NCBI RefSeq assembly: GCF_009914755.1
Contig: NC_060930.1
Direction: 5' to 3' (one strand)
DNA: 64,000 bases
Source of the DNA: the human T2T-CHM13v2.0 reference genome, Homo sapiens
Positions 1 through 16,582 of this stretch are shown one piece after another (the first letter of the stretch is position 1; each line of letters begins with the position of its first letter). A program made the position numbers and the translations under genes. The notes under the pieces were generated by a model. That model was not told where the DNA came from and ran no database searches. It was given only the letters and a program-made list of their open reading frames with translations.

Positions 1-480
1 GCAAGGCTGCCCCTCCCAGGGCTACCCCATTCTTAGAGATAGCAGAGGGCTGGGGTGGGTGGGGCAGCGGCGCCTCTCATATGTAAACTAGCCCATGCTC
101 TGATCCACCCTCTCTATCTGGCTTTTACACTCCAAGAGGCAAAATCACCCAGAGCCAGGCACCAGTCAACTAGAGACCAACCCTATGACCCAGAGCCCGC
201 CACCTTGATTTGAATCAGCCAGTCCTAAGCTGCTTCCCTGCCCCTAAGCTGCTTCCCCGCTTCCCTTCCCTTTCCCACGGAAAACACCGTAAAGGCTCTG
301 GGCTGTGCTCTCCTTTCGTCCCTTCTGCCCCATGACCGAACCTGGAGCTTCCCCATGCAGTCCTGCATGGCAAGGAAATGTAAGTATGTGCAACAGAAAT
401 CTCTTCAATGACACTAGCCTCTCCATGTGGTAACTCAGTCACCTCCATCAACTGAAATCCTGTGGGTACCATTGATAAAC
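1..480 (+). mobile_element. Old ERVL-type LTR remnant (MER54/MER74-like)
   Basis: LTR-like sequence recognised by eye; family assignment uncertain. Confidence 0.35.
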
Positions 481-489
481 CCACATTGT

Positions 490-1060
490 GACCTGAGAAA
501 TTCCTATGCAGGGCCAAGGAAGGATGTACACAAAAGGATTCACTGTGGCATTGCTGGTTACAGCAAAACACTAGAAACAACCCAAATGTCCATCAGGAAG
601 AGAATGATACATGTTGTCCCATGGTCTCATAATGGGTCACCAGAAAGCAGGAAAATGGAAAAGACTGGAGCCAGGGATCATAACACCAAGTAAAAACAGC
701 AATTTGCAAAATAAAGGCAATGTGTTTGTTTATGTGAAATTTTTAAAAAGATTTATAAAACGATAGTATATATTGTTTATGAAACATATTAATATACTGA
801 AAGTATAAAAAACATGGAAGGGAAAGAGTCCCTTCAACCTGGAACACTCCCTCCCTGGTTCTCCTGGGAGGGGAAGTGAAAGGTGATATTGATTAGGAAA
901 CAGTTTGAGGAGGTTTCACCTTTACTTGTGACGTCTCATTGCTTTAAAACCAGGGAAATAGCTGAGCCAAATGTAGTAAAATGTTAAGATTTCTTCAGTC
1001 TGGCTGGTGGGTATATGAATGTTTGCTGCACTAGTTTGGGTACTTTATGCTAGAGCTCTT
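490..1060 (+). mobile_element. Ancient L1M 3' fragment
   Basis: gcaaaacactagaaacaacccaaatgtccatca, a typical L1M 3' motif; AT-rich. Confidence 0.55.
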
Positions 1061-1351
1061 TCATTATAAGAAAAAAGATACTATTTAGACTGCATGAATA
1101 ATCTCAAGGTCCTACAAAATAACAACAGCTCAGGAAGCCAGCAAGCTTCTCAACTGTGCCCATCTCAGCTGTGCCAAACTTTCTCCTCTCTCCTTACATT
1201 GTACCTTTAAAAATTCCTGACTTTTTGGAAACATTTAAACACTTCTACCCCCACCATGGATATGTCTACATGTTTGGTCAAGTATTCAAAAATTAAGTCA
1301 CACACCTCAAAAGGCCAGTGCTACAGTGGAGGGCTGTTTAATTAGTTATCA

Positions 1352-1647
<296 letters not shown>

Positions 1648-2124
1648 GTTATCAGACCCCCACTGTATTTTTCAGGAGGGGTAGGGAAGAGAAAAAAAAT
1701 CTACTTCTTGGCTTCTAACAAAAATAAGTTGGTAAACAATTTCTAAAAATATATACAAATTTTCAAATTAAGTTTTCAGAATTTTCATGAATCAGTTATT
1801 TTACCTACGATAACAAAGTATCTATACCTTAAAGTATTTCTTTTGTTTTTACTAAAAGCAAAGGGCATATTTCATTCATTCTTCTCAAAATAAGGGCTAC
1901 ATTTTACTAGAAATATTTAAGAGCTCTTGCACTGGCCATGAGGTTTTCAGCAGCAAATATCAAGGGAACAGTGACTAAAAGCAAAGACATTGAGTTATCT
2001 GTCATCATAGGAAGCACACACACAAATGGTGTGGGGGTTGGTGCAGTCACACAAGAATCTCATCAAGGACCCAGGGTTTTTCTTGCTTTCTCTTATACGA
2101 TTTTTGATGCCTTAGCCAGCCTTC

Positions 2125-2652
2125 AAATTTGCCCTTGATAATACCCACCCTCTGGTATTCACACTTTTCCTACATTTTACCAGGGCTGGTCTGTGTGACC
2201 AATAGAATATAGCTGAGATTACATCAGAGGTTAGGTTATAAAAAGGCTGCAGCTCCCATCTTGGGCTCACACACTCTCCTTCCCTCATTCTCTCTCTCAC
2301 TCTCTTCATCTCTCACTGAAGAAAGTCAGCTGCCAAGAAAGTTGGCTCCCAATAGAGAGGCCCACTTGATGAGGCACTAAAGCTTTTGTCAACATTGACC
2401 AAGAACTGATACCCACTGGCAACCAGAAGGGTGAGTTTGGAAGTGGGTTCTTTAGCTCCAACGAGCCTTGAGATGACTGCACCCCTGGCTATCAGCCTGA
2501 ATGCAACCTTGAGAGACAAGAGCGAGAACCACCTGCTAAGCCACTTGCAGTTTCCAGACCCTCAAAAATGGTGTGAGGTAATACATGCTTATTGTTTGAA
2601 AGTGCCATGTTTCAGGGTAAATCGTCATGAAGCAATGGGTAACCAATACACT
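2125..2652 (+). mobile_element. MLT1 (ERVL-MaLR) LTR
   Basis: Characteristic gagccttgagatgactgca ... gcaaccttgagagac ... gcaatgggtaaccaataca 3' end. Confidence 0.7.
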
Positions 2653-5600
2653 CAGTGTGTCTGCCACGTTTCCCCTGATGGATGTAAAACAGTTGTCATA
2701 GATCCGCACACCATATGCTCCCAGGACAGTGTCTCTGTCAGGAAGAAAATGGGATGGGGCTACAGGGGTCTCCCTGTGTGCCTTTTACCTTTTATCAAGG
2801 AGGGAAATCTTTCCAAGAAGCAATCCAGCAGAGTCCCTGTTACTTCTCATTGTCCAGGGGGGTGGGGTCTGATGATCACCGTGAGCTCATGATTCACCCT
2901 TAGCTGAAACCAAGGACCAGGCCTTTCAGCTGCTTTACAGGGAGGTGGGCAAGGAGTAAGTGGGCCGCAGATGGCTGCTGGTAGCCAGCAACAGTCTCTG
3001 CCAGCCTCCCACAGGCTCCATTTGTCTGATTGTTTGCACCTGGCATCCTTCATGCTCCATATTTACTGTAAGCTGGAAGTTAGGCCTCAATTAGATTCAG
3101 GTGACATCGTTTTGGCAAGAATAATCACGGGTGATGTTGTGACCTTCCTACTCTACCGAATCAAGAAACCACCAGGTTCTTCACTAAATTAACATTTTCA
3201 GGAGGTAAGCAAAGGGTGATACCCCATCAGGTAAAAGCCAGTCTGGAGTCTATGTGCATCTTTCTCCCCAGTATCCATCCTGGGTGGCTTCACATATCTT
3301 AAACTTATGGGAAGTCCAGTTTCCTCTAGAAATTCATTTTGGGTTGTCTTGTTGGAAGTGTGTGATAAGCAATCTGTTTCTCCCACGTGATTTCCTCAGG
3401 GATGGATGAGTCAGACAAGCAGTGTTAACTTAGTTAAAAAACACCTGCAAAGATCATGAGATGACTAAAAATCAAATACAGAGATGCTGGAAAGTGATTC
3501 TTCCTCGATGTCATTCGCTTGAAGTTCTTAGGGCGTGAGTAGAGGGTCAGGAACCAGGGCGAATGAAAGGAACCTTCTCAAGAGTTTAGCACCCAGCAGA
3601 GGACAGGCTGAGGCCTGCTGCTCACCAGCCCTTGTCAGCTGTGGAGACCAGTCTGCCAGGCTCAGCCTTTGGGGTCCAGGTTAGCAGCTCCTCCACGGCC
3701 TTGCTGGGTATAGTCACGGATTTCTGGCTGGCGTGTTTGCATGGAGGAGGCTGTGCGTCATTGCTGTCTCCACGTCCACAGGGAACAGAAACATATGTGC
3801 ATTCGTGGAAGTCAGCCGGGTCCAAGCAGGTGGGGACAACGGGGGCCATGTCAGGATGCACTGTCTCTGAAGGGGTGGTGGGTCCCCAGCCCCCCAGGTG
3901 CCTGAAGCCCATGTACAGCAGGTGGCCTTGCTTTCTATTTCACTGGGATGACCCGGAAAAAGAAACTTATCCATAGCTGTCCTCCCCTCAACATGACCCC
4001 ACACCCTCCTCCGCCTGCTTACCCTTCTCTGCTGCCTCAGTGGCAGGGATCTCTGTCCTTGGTTCTGGTGCCATCCCTGCCCCCCCCATGGATAGTGCCC
4101 ATGTCTTGCTGTCATCTCAGATGCATCTTAAAGTAAAATCATCCTCCACCCAGCTTCCCCAGGTCTGTTCCAGTTTCCCCAACTCTGCAGGAGGCAGCCC
4201 CACTCCTCCCTACCCCCAGGCTAAAAGTGAGGCCTCAGCCTTGACTCACCCTGCCCATCCAACCAGTCCCTGGCCCTGAGAGTCTTCTGCAGCAATAACT
4301 TCATTAACTTGTCTTCCTGCAGCTGCCACCCTGGCCTGGCCACCATCATCCTAGGAGAATGGGCCACCATCCTCCTTCCTCATTCTCCAGCCCCAGTCTC
4401 ATCTTCCTTCCAAGGCTCTGCATCTTGAGACCTCTCCAAGCTCCTCCTCATGTCGCATGTGGATCAAGCCTTCCCCTTTGGACCCTGCCTTTCTATTCCA
4501 CCTTATCTCTGGGGTCTATCTGTTCCAGAAGCCTTGACTCTTACTACCCTCTGATAACCACAGACGTGCCGTGTGCCAGGCGTCCTACAGCCATTACCTT
4601 TAGCCTTTACAGCTACTGTGCAGCATAGGAATGACAGTATTGTCCCTTTCACAGATGAGGAAAACTGAGGCCCAGAGAGATCATGCACAGGTCACACTGC
4701 CTGTAAATAGCAGAGTTGGGATCCAATGTCATGACTCAGAAGGGTTCTCATCCAAAGCCCTTCATCCTGTGAAACAGGTCCCATTACACCCCTTCCCTTC
4801 TCTGCAAGGGGCTCTTGCTGCTCCTCGACCAGTGCCTGCCTGCTCCTCCCAGCTGCCTCCAGTCCCGCAGCCCACACCTCCGCCGCACAGCTCCTCAGAT
4901 GTTCCAGCCCACACTGCTCAGCCCCGCCTCCTAACTTTTCTGGCAGGAATCTCAGCCCTGCACAGTTTAGTACTTAATTATAGATTGCCTTGTACAGTTT
5001 TCTGCTTATTTCACATTTGCCTGTCTTGTTCCCAAGAAGCCTGCAAATATCTGATTTGGGGATGGAGCTTCTGTGTGCTCCTGTCCCCCAGGGCCCCGAC
5101 ACAGCACAGGGCTTGGCACACAAGCCCTCAGTGGAGCTGACCTCACCTCCCAGGAAGGGGGCAGGGTCTCTGCTGTCCAAAAGCTGACTGGACTCCACCC
5201 TGACACACCCGCCCCCACCCCAGCAGTATGCCTCAGATATCTGCACACACATGCACACATGCATACACACGCATGTACGCACACACACTTTATCTAATCT
5301 AAAGCTCTCTTTTCAACCTGAGGCAATGATATGCCTGGAATTACCTACCCAAGACAGAAAACTCCCTCCTAACTGAAGCCTGGCCTTGCCCTCACTGTGG
5401 AATTCCCATGCAGATAAGTGAGTCCACCAGAATGGTGCAAGCTCCCCAGAAGCGGGGAAGCCACTGATGTCACATCCTGGATTGGCACTTGGTGGAGGCC
5501 TTGGTGTCTTGATTCTGATTCTGGTCCTGTTGCTGTGTGGTCTTTGAGGGGAGCGGGAGACGCCATCTTGCCTTCTTTGTTATATCTCCATGAGGGGACA

Positions 5601-6663
5601 TTTTGTGGGTGTGAGAACCACTCCTCCCCATCAGGACCACATGATACAGCCCCTCAGGGGGCAGAACCGCAGCCCCTGGAGCTAACCCTGGTCCTCTCAC
5701 ACCACCTCCCTTACCAAAACGTCTCTCTGCCCTGACCCCGACGTCCCCACAGGTGACCTCCCCAGCTGCTCCTCCTTGGGGTTAAACATTGCTATCTCAA
5801 ACTTCTCATTTCTGAGCGGGAAGAAGAACACGCAACACGAAGCCTCACACACTTAGAATGATCTAGATTTCAGGTTGATTTCTTCCTGCACACTTAGAAG
5901 ATAGCATGAGGGCTTGGGGCTTGTCGAGAGGGCACTGACCAAGGTCACAGGGTCAGTGAAGGGCCCAGGAGAAGAAACAGAGAGAGGTGCAGAGGCGGTG
6001 GTGGGTGGGGCCGCCAAAGTCACACTTCTCTTAAAATTTTACCCAGGGCCAATGCTAACATGTAAATAAACAAGTGAATAAACAAAGGGGTGTTTATGTA
6101 AGAAAAACAAATAAAAATGCTTGTGTAACACATCACACATACCACATAGCCTGAAGGAGCCCAGGAGGGGCATCTCTTTTGGGGGACCCGTCCAAAAGAG
6201 ATGGGGTAGGCACCGTCCTCCTGGAGGGAGGCGGGCTTGGAAGCCCTTCACGGCCGCAGCAGCATGTTGGGGAGGGAGGTGTACACCGATAACCATCACG
6301 GAGGTTTTGCAACTGAATGTTGCAGCTGAGGGCTGGGCAGAGCCCGCCTCCTTGGGCATGGCCCTGTGCTGGGGAGCAGTGAATGCGCCCTGGTATACCA
6401 TGGATGGGCAGAGGGCTGAGGATCCCGTGCCCGAGATGAATCTAGCCAAGAAATGAAGCCAGTGGGGGGCTCACAGGACCAAGACCCTGCTCACACACCG
6501 GGGGAGCCTTCTGCATCTCATTCTGGGGCCCCTTTCCAACCTTTGGAGTTGCCTCCTGGCGGAGCTTAACAGGCTGAGGCAGCTTCCTGAGCAGCCTGTG
6601 GTTGCTCCAGCCGGGTAGAGACAGCCACATTCCAAGCTCCGGGGTGGCAGGGAAGCTGGGTAG

Positions 6664-7023
<360 letters not shown>

Positions 7024-8285
7024 TGAGGGAGGCTGGGGATGCTTTGGGGGACAAAGCCAGGCCTGGGTGGCAGGAAGGGAAGGGAAGAGCTGGTTGGAGT
7101 AGGATAGCGGCAGCTGTGACGTTTGAAGGTTGGGGTCTGCCAGGCCCCAGACTCTAACATGCAGGGTGAGCCTGGACCCCTGTCCCTCTCCCTCAGTGCC
7201 CTTACCTGTGAGATGCTCTGTCTCCCAGTGCCTGGGAGAGTAAAGGACAGTATCTCCCTCGAACATCGAACATGGTGCTGTCAGAAGCTACACCACGGCA
7301 CAGTCATACATTGGGGTTCAGTGTTGCTCCTGCCTGGCCTCTTTCAAAATGCAAATACCCTTGGGAGAGGCAACTCTTCAAATCTCTATCACCCTGATGG
7401 GGACGTATTGTCCACCATTTCCAGGTGGCTGGAAAGATGAACGCCCTGAGGCTGGAGGGGTAGACAGGAGGGAGCCCAGAGTGGGAGAAGAATAGGAAGG
7501 GGTGGGGAGAGAATACAGAAGCTCTCACTTCACCTTCTGTCCTGCTGGTCCAGGAGCCTCAGCGAGAAGAACTGCTACACTGCTAACCCAGAGAGAGAAA
7601 CACTGTCCCGGACAGCAGATGCATCTAGCAGCCCCAAGGAACAAGCCCAACAGCCTAGTGAGCTACCTTGGAGGGGCATTTATTCATTTACAGAGCTCCT
7701 ATTCTAGACAGAGCTCTGTTCCAGGCACTGAGGACAAGGTCCCCGCCCTTGTGGAGCAGAAATTCTAGAGAAAAGAAACAGATAATAAACATTCAAACAA
7801 GGCACCTTCTAGTGTGAGGTCGGGAAGTGATATGATCTATGAATAAAATTAAAGCAGGAAAGGGACTGAGAATGAAATGGAGACTATTTCAGGAAGGTGG
7901 TCAGGGAAGCCTTTCTGAGGAGGTGACATTCAAGCCTAGAGCTGGGTATAGTGATAGAACAAGCTACTGGGAGCTCCTGAAAAGGAGAATTCCTGGTGGA
8001 GGAGCAGCCACGAAGCCTGCGGTGTGGAAAAGGTGGTGGGAGGTCAACAGGGGCCAGGTCATGTGGCCTTAGCCACAAGCTCTCATCTCACCTAAGGGAG
8101 GGGGAGCACAGACGGCTGTGACAGCAAGTGGGGAGGGGGCAGAGGGCGTGAGCTCCTCAGGTGGGATCCCAGCTCTGCCATTTCATGATGCATGCCTGAA
8201 GTAAGTTATTGAACGTTCTGCGCCTCTGTTTCTCCGTCCACAAATGGGAGCTCCTAATAGCGCCTAGTTCCCGGCATTGTTACAG

Positions 8286-8794
8286 CAGCGGTCTCCAGTT
8301 GACACCAGCGACTGGTTTTGTGGAAGACAATTTTTCCACACACCAGGGTTGGTGGGGGATGGTTTCAGAATGATTCAAGCGCATTACATTTGTTGTGCAC
8401 TTTACTTCTATTATCATTATGTTTTAATATATAATGAAATAATTATACAACTCACCATAAGGTAGAATCAGAGCCCTGAGCTTGTTTTCCTGCAAGTAGG
8501 CAGTCCCATCTGAGGGTGATGGGAGACAGTGACAGATCATTAGGCATTAGATTCTCATAAGGAGTGCACAACCTAGATCCCTCCCATGCACAGTTCACAA
8601 TAAGGTTCACGCTCCTATAAGAATCTAATGCTGCCACTGATCTGACAGGACGCGGAGCTCAGGCGGTAATGTGAGTGATGGGGAGCCGCTGTAAATACAG
8701 AAGAAGCTTCACCTGCTGCTTACCTCCTGCTGTGCGGCCTGGTTCCTAACAGGCCACAGACCCGGGGCCATGGCCTGGGGGTTGGGAACCCCTG
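8286..8794. mobile_element. MER1A-like hAT-Charlie DNA transposon
   Basis: ggttttgtggaagacaatttttccac ... ggcattagattctcataaggag ... gggggttgggaacccctg terminus. Confidence 0.8.
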
Positions 8795-9227
8795 GTTATA
8801 GGATTGGCTGAGCTAATATGAATACCTGCTTAGAACAATACCTGACATATGGCAAGTGTTGAGAATGTGGCAACCATCTGATTAGGCTTCTTAAGATCTC
8901 TGAACGATGGGCAGAGTGTGTTTGAGGGAGCAAGGTGGAAACTAGATAAGGGAAGAGATTGGATTCAGGACGTGCTTTGAAAGTAGAGCCAGTGAGACTT
9001 TCTGAAGGGCCGGCTGGGCTGTGTGAGGGAGAGGCTGCAGATAATAGCCCCCTCCCAGCCCAAGCAGGGTGCCTTCCTGGCTGGGGACCTCTATGCTGGG
9101 TGGAAAGTCTTTATTTTAAAGAATAATAGTAATGCCCATTCACTGAGTACCTCTAATGTATAATATAATTTTTTCTTTTTAATGTCTCACAAGTAATAAA
9201 CACATTTTTCTCACTGGACAAAATTCA

Positions 9228-9587
<360 letters not shown>

Positions 9588-9913
9588 GAGTAGAAAGAAA
9601 GCCTCCATTTGCCCGGCTGCCCCTAATCCCCCACTCCCTCCTCTAGCCAGTGTTAAGGGCTAGGCATGGATCTTTCCAGATCTTTTTAATGCACAGTCTT
9701 CCTTGAATGCAGCCATTAATGGCTCTTCCCCACTGAACTCCAGGCCTTCAGAATGGGGATAGGGTGACAGCCCCCACTCTGTCCTGGAGTCACCGAATTC
9801 CTGCCTTGGAAACACCTGGTGCAGGGATTCTCTCTCCTTTTCCGGGCGCCTGCGTTGCTCATCTGCTCCATTACCCTCACTCTTCTGTCTTTATGTCATC
9901 TTAAAATACAGCA

Positions 9914-10028
9914 TCTGGGTGCAGTGGCTCATGCCTGTGATCCCAGCACTTTGAGAGGCCAAGGCAGGAAGATTGTGTGTGGGTCCAGGAGTTCAAGACA
10001 AGCCTGGATAGTACAGGAAGACCCCATC

Positions 10029-10063
<35 letters not shown>
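9914..10063 (+). mobile_element. Alu monomer (FLAM-like) with long poly(A)
   Basis: Left-arm Alu motif then about 33 A. Confidence 0.75.
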
Positions 10064-10065
<2 letters not shown>

Positions 10066-11394
10066 TGAAGAAAGAAAGAAAAGATTTTTCAGACCTAATT
10101 TAACTCATTCAGTTTGATGAATACTGCTGCAAACCTACTTGGCCAGGCTGTGACGGTCATGGACGGCAGTGGTAGGAACTAAAACCTGTAAAAAGGACAT
10201 CAAGCAGTGGGGTGTAATCAAGGACTAGACTGTGGGCTGCTCGTAATTATCGCAGAAGTCCAGGGAAGGGTGAGGGAGGTATGTGTGGGACTCACGCTGT
10301 CCTCTCAGCAGCATGTTTATGAGACTTGTCAATGTCACTCCAGTCTAGTTCATTCACTCATTTTAACTGCCATACAATTTACTCTTAACTAGCACTTCCT
10401 TTTATATCAGGCACCGTTCTACCTCTGGCATATTAACTTGTTCAGTCCTCACAACAGCCCTCCCAGGTGAAAACTGTTATTATCCCCATTTTACAGAGGA
10501 GGAAAATGAGTCACAGAAAATTTAAATAACTTGCCTATAGTCACACAGATAGCACTTGGTAAAGCTAGAATTCGAACTCAGTCTGGCCAAAGTCTACATT
10601 CTTATCCTTTAAATTGCCCTGCTTAACAATGCGATGTTAAGGGGTGAGGAGGCAGGGTCGGGGAGTCTCTCTGAACAGGTGGAATTTCCACACAGACCTG
10701 ACGTGGGTAAGGGAATGAGCCCAAGAATATCTTGGGAAGAACATTCTACGCAGAAGCAAAAGTCTCATCGTTAGTTAGAAGCCGAAAAGGAACCAGGGCT
10801 AGATCTTTTTAGTTAGTCATTTTTTTGATGGATCTGACCAGTTTCCTTGTTGTTACAACCATCCTTGTTTGTGTCTCCCATGCTCACATGACATGTATAT
10901 CATTCTAGGGTATTTGTGTCATTAACTTTGTTAATGACTTTGATAAGTTACTCTCCAAAGCAGTTGTACCAATTTAATCACAAGCAGCAGATATGAGTTC
11001 TAATTTCCCCACAATGTCACACTTGAAAATCTTATGCCAACCGAATAAATGTGAAATTGTGTCTCATCTACTGTATTTAATCTACCTATCCTGACTGCTA
11101 GTGATGTTCAGCATCCCCATGTACTTATTGACCACTAGACGTTTCCTCTTCTGTACTGTGCCTGCTCACCACCTTTCCCTGTTTTTTCCTACTGAGTTAT
11201 CTTTTTCCTTTAATGTGTAGGTGTTCTTTATATATTCTGTACACTTATCTTTCACCAGTTATGCACAATGCACCTCTCTTTTCCCACTCTATTTCTTGTA
11301 TTTTTATTTTGCTTCGATGTCTTTTGTTATTCAGATTTTAATTTTAATGCTGTCAAATGTATCCATCTTTTCATCTTACAACTTGGGTTTTGTT

Positions 11395-11690
11395 TTGTTT
11401 TGTTTTTGAGACTAGGTCTCATCCTGTCACCCACATCGGAGTGCAGTGGCACATTCATGGCTCACTGCAGCCTCGAACTCCTAGGCTCAAGTGATCCTCC
11501 TGCATCAGCCTCCTGAGTAGCTGGGACCACAGGTGCATGCCACCACGCCCGGCTAATTTTAAAAATTTTTTTGTAGAGTCAGGGTCTCACTATGTTCCCC
11601 AGGCTGGTCTTGAACTCCTGGGTTCAAGCAATCCTCCTTCCTCAGCCTCCCAAAATGCAAGAGTTACAGGCCTAAACCAGTGCGCCTGGC
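11395..11690 (-). mobile_element. AluJ element
   Basis: Antisense Alu with ctcaagtgatcctcc (J-type) motif. Confidence 0.85.
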
Positions 11691-12210
11691 CATCCTCTTA
11701 TAATTTGTGTTTTAAAATATCTTTATTACAATGATTTCTTCTACATTGTCTTTCAAAAGTTTTAAAATTTTCATATTTAGATTAATTCCTCAGGAATTTA
11801 TTTTGTTGATGGTTGAGGTAGAGATCTAATTTTTAAATTGTTTTGCCATGTGATAGCCAATTAGAGGCTATCTCCACACTTACTTGAAATGCTGCTTCTG
11901 GAATATTCAAGTGTCTCTTCTATTCTGTTGGCTAATTTGTCTATTTCTGTTTTAATCATTATAGTCTTATAATAAAGGGTTCATCACATATGACAAGCAA
12001 TCTCCTCCTCTTCTTCCTCCTTTTTTCGTCTTCAAATATTGCCTCCATTATGTTTGGCCCTTTCTTTGCCCCATGTGAAAAGCTCTGCTGGGCTTTCGAC
12101 TGAAATTGCATCTTTCCATTTGTAAATATAGTTGATCTTTCTATTCTGGTCTTTTTGTGTCCTTCAGTAAAGACTTTGTGTGTTTTATTAGATTTACTTT
12201 TCCCTTGTAG

Positions 12211-12612
<402 letters not shown>

Positions 12613-13888
12613 TAGCCAGTTTGGGGCTTTTCTATCCTGAGATCCTGTGTTTTTTTCCTGTGAAAGCTGAGGTGGCAGAGGTGCAACTTCTGGCGTGTAT
12701 GCCCAGTTCTGTGACTAGGCCAGTTCAAGGCACATGAAAATGTTGTAAAAGCACTTAACATAGTGCCTGGTTTTTACTAGAGATGTGGTAACCTTCATTA
12801 ATCCATTCATTCACCTAGGAGGGGTGGTCTCCGTGATTGCCACTGGGGGATCCAGAATTTCCAATCTTGTCAGAAGTGGGGTTGGAAACGTGCCTCAAAG
12901 CTGCATTTGCATAATTTTGAAAAACAAAATGTTTCTTATGGAAGAATAGTGATTTGGCAGACTTAAAACCCTACTCCCACTTAAGCTACTTCTTGGCACC
13001 TTTCTCCCCATAAAAAACTGGCAAGCCAATCTGTCCGTCCCTTCGTTCCTTTCTTCGTTCGTTCGTTCCTTCCTTCCTTCCTTCCTTCCTTCCTTGCTTC
13101 CTTCCGTGTTAGTTGAGCACATACTAGGCCCTGCAGAGGATGCGAAGATACAACACAAAATGAAACTCTGATCTTGCTGCAAGGAGCTTACAGTCCACTC
13201 AAACTTAAAGGCACCTACCAAACAGTTATAATACAAGAAAGTTCCTATTGAATGTTAGAGAATTATAAGGCATAGGAGTGCAGAGGGATGGAGAAAACAC
13301 TTCCAAACATGGAAGGCCTCATAGAAGCGGCATTTGAGCTTGTCCATGCTTGAAATGTGAGAAGTTGGACAGGTAGAGACAGGTTGGGCAGGAACCAAGG
13401 CTTCCAGCAAGGACATAGCATGACAACACGACAAAGCCACACAGTGGGGAAACATGATGCCTCCAGAGCATGGTAAACAGTGCAAGTCAACTGACGTCAG
13501 GAGTTGAAAGGCTTTGCCTTTCCTGTGGTCCAAGAGCCCCCTGCCATATCTGCACTCCAGCTAGTCGGAAAGGGAAAAGGGAAGGGCACAGTCCTTTAGA
13601 GCAGGACTTGGAGGTAACACATGTCCTGTCAGCTACATCCCATGGATTGGAATTTAGTCACATGGTCACACCTGACTGCAAGAGAACCCAGGAAATGTAG
13701 ACTTTATTTTTGGGAGGCCATGTGGCCAGCTAAAAATTGGAGGTTCGATTACAAAGGAAGAAGGGGAGAATGGGTATTGGGGACAACCAGCAGTCTCTGT
13801 TGCAACAACCATAATCAATGGCATGAGGATCCTGGAGAAACTCTGCCCCTGCCTGAGACCAAAACCATGACTTCCTAATCACAAAGTT

Positions 13889-14180
13889 GGCCAGATGCAG
13901 TGGCTCGTGCCTGTGAGCCCAGAATTATGGGACGCTGAGGCGGGAGAATTGCTTAAGGCCAAGAGTTTGAGGCCAGACTGGGCAACAAAGTGAGACCCTG
14001 TTTCTACAAAAAATAAAATAATTAGCCAGGTGTGGTGACCTGTCCCTATAGTCCCAGCTACTCAGGAGGCTGGGGTGGGAGGATCACTTGAGCCCAGGAG
14101 TTTGAGGCTGCAGTGAACTATGATTCTGCCATTGCACTCCAGCCTGGGTGACAGACAGAGACCATGTCTCTAAAAACAAA
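13889..14180 (+). mobile_element. AluJ element
   Basis: Dimeric Alu with J-type ggaggatcacttgagcccagg. Confidence 0.85.
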
Positions 14181-16228
14181 CAATCACAAAGCCAAGTCCA
14201 GTTTGTTGTCTGGGAAAGGGCTCAGCTCTGGCCCACCAGCAGCTGCCCCTGTGGCAGTGGGAGCATGAGTGCCTCAGTCTTGCAGCAGGGGGCCTGGGCA
14301 ATGCACCATGGCACCTACTGTGTCTCCTGCCTAGAATGACCCTCTGCCCCCCTTTCAGAGAGAAAACCTCCTCTCCAGACACCATCCCATTTTACCCCAC
14401 TCCATCTCTCTTTTCCATGATGTCTAGTTTGCCCATAAAATCTGCCCACATATTCTAGCATTTGATGTTGTACGGTCTTAACTGTTTCAGATACAGTGTC
14501 TCATTTCATCAACTAGATTGGTTGAGCAATCTGAGATCTTGTGGGTCCTATGGCTCCCACAAACTGCTCATAAAACAAGAACTCCTTGATAAACTCCTGG
14601 TGTTTGCTGGCTATTGGCCAGTGTGATACTGAATGTGTCTTTGCTATCTGTATTTTATAGTTTCCCTGGCTCTTGGATAATTTTCTGTAGTTATGGATAT
14701 GAGATATAACGCTAGAATGTTACAGTGTCAAGGTCAGTAAGTCCAGCTCCCTCATTTTGCAGATAATTGTATTTAGACCCTGGGAGAGAAAGTGACTAGT
14801 TGGAGGCAGACCTCACTTAAGCCAATAGTTTCCAAACTGTGTTCCAGGGATCCTTAGGGTTCTGCAGATGGGGAGGAAAAGCAGGGGACAGACACGTCTG
14901 AAGCCCCGGCTGCACTAGTACAGCCCCGCTGTTGTCCATCTTATACATGGGGGATCTTGCTAAAATTATATGTAAAGAAAATCTTTCAGTAATTTCTTTT
15001 AAAGTTTGAGAATCACTGTTTGAGCCCAGTTCCCTCAAGATGCAGACAAGGAGTTTGAGGATCAGATTTTGGCTGAATTACGGTGATGAAATAGATCATT
15101 CATTCGCTCATTCATTCTAGGTCCTGGGGATCTGGCAGTGAGCAAAGCAGTGGATGTCCACACTCATGAAGCTGATATTCTCTTGGTGAAATTAAACCAT
15201 AGAAAATTAAGCATATAAAAAAGGTCAGCATGCGTGCTCAAAGGAGAAGATAAAGCAGGGGAAGGATGGGAGAATGACACAAGGGGCACAGTGTTGGGTG
15301 GGCTGGCCAGAAGGCCCCTCTGAGGTGGATGAAGCTAGGGAGAGAGCCACGTGCACTGAGGGAAGAGAGTTCCAGGCTGACAGGTCTGCAGGTGTAGTTG
15401 CCCCCCGGTGAAAACATGCTTGTGTTCTCAGAAAGGGAGATGGCTTGTCCCTCTGGACGGGAAACAGGCTTCAAAGGGATCTTGCAAAACACATGAGAGG
15501 TCCAGAGGAGCCATGTGTTTTGCCCCCTGCCCCGCAAATGTGTGCACAACAGGACCCAGCACAACTTCTCCCATGGAGACAGAGCACTGGAGAAGTGTTT
15601 TGGTTGGCCTCCCACACTAGGGCCAGTGTTACCTTTGGCAGCTCCTGCCCACCCAGTAACTGAAATTCTCCTGGGGCCCTGGAGCTGAGGCTGGCTGGTT
15701 ATTGTCATTGATAGGTGGCTCAAGGTGTATTCTGGTCCACTGGGGCTGGCACTGGGGAGTCAAGCCTTCCTCTTTGAGAACCTCGCTTTAGTAACTCCTT
15801 TCCTTTGTCACTCATGCACCTATCTTTGTTACTCAGTTGAGGAATGAGACATAGCCAGGATTAGTGGAGAATAGAGTTCCCAGGAAGGAGGAGGGCTAGG
15901 GCTGAACTTCCAACTCTGCCCCCAAGTTCTGTAGGTTCTTGGCTGGCCAGGGACCCATCTCGCCCTTGGTTTTGCCATCTGTAACTTGGGTGATTGGAAA
16001 CACATCCCTTGGACATTATGGTGAAAGACAAAAGAAGTCATGGATGCATTCCTGGCCCAGTGCTTGGCAAATATTAGTCACAAAATAAGTCTTTGAAGAA
16101 TGAATGTTGAATGAATGGATGAATACGTGAAAAGAAAATTACCTTGAAATAGAAAAGCATAGATAAAGCAGCACTTTCCAAAGTCAAGAATGTCCCAGAG
16201 AACAAATTAAACTTTATTAAAACAAACA

Positions 16229-16582
<354 letters not shown>

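Noticed and set aside
3407-4738. AP-1 sites (TGAGTCA 3407, TGACTCA 4732) upstream of PNPLA1 exon 1
   Set aside because: 7-mers are expected several times by chance in 64 kb and there is no supporting motif cluster
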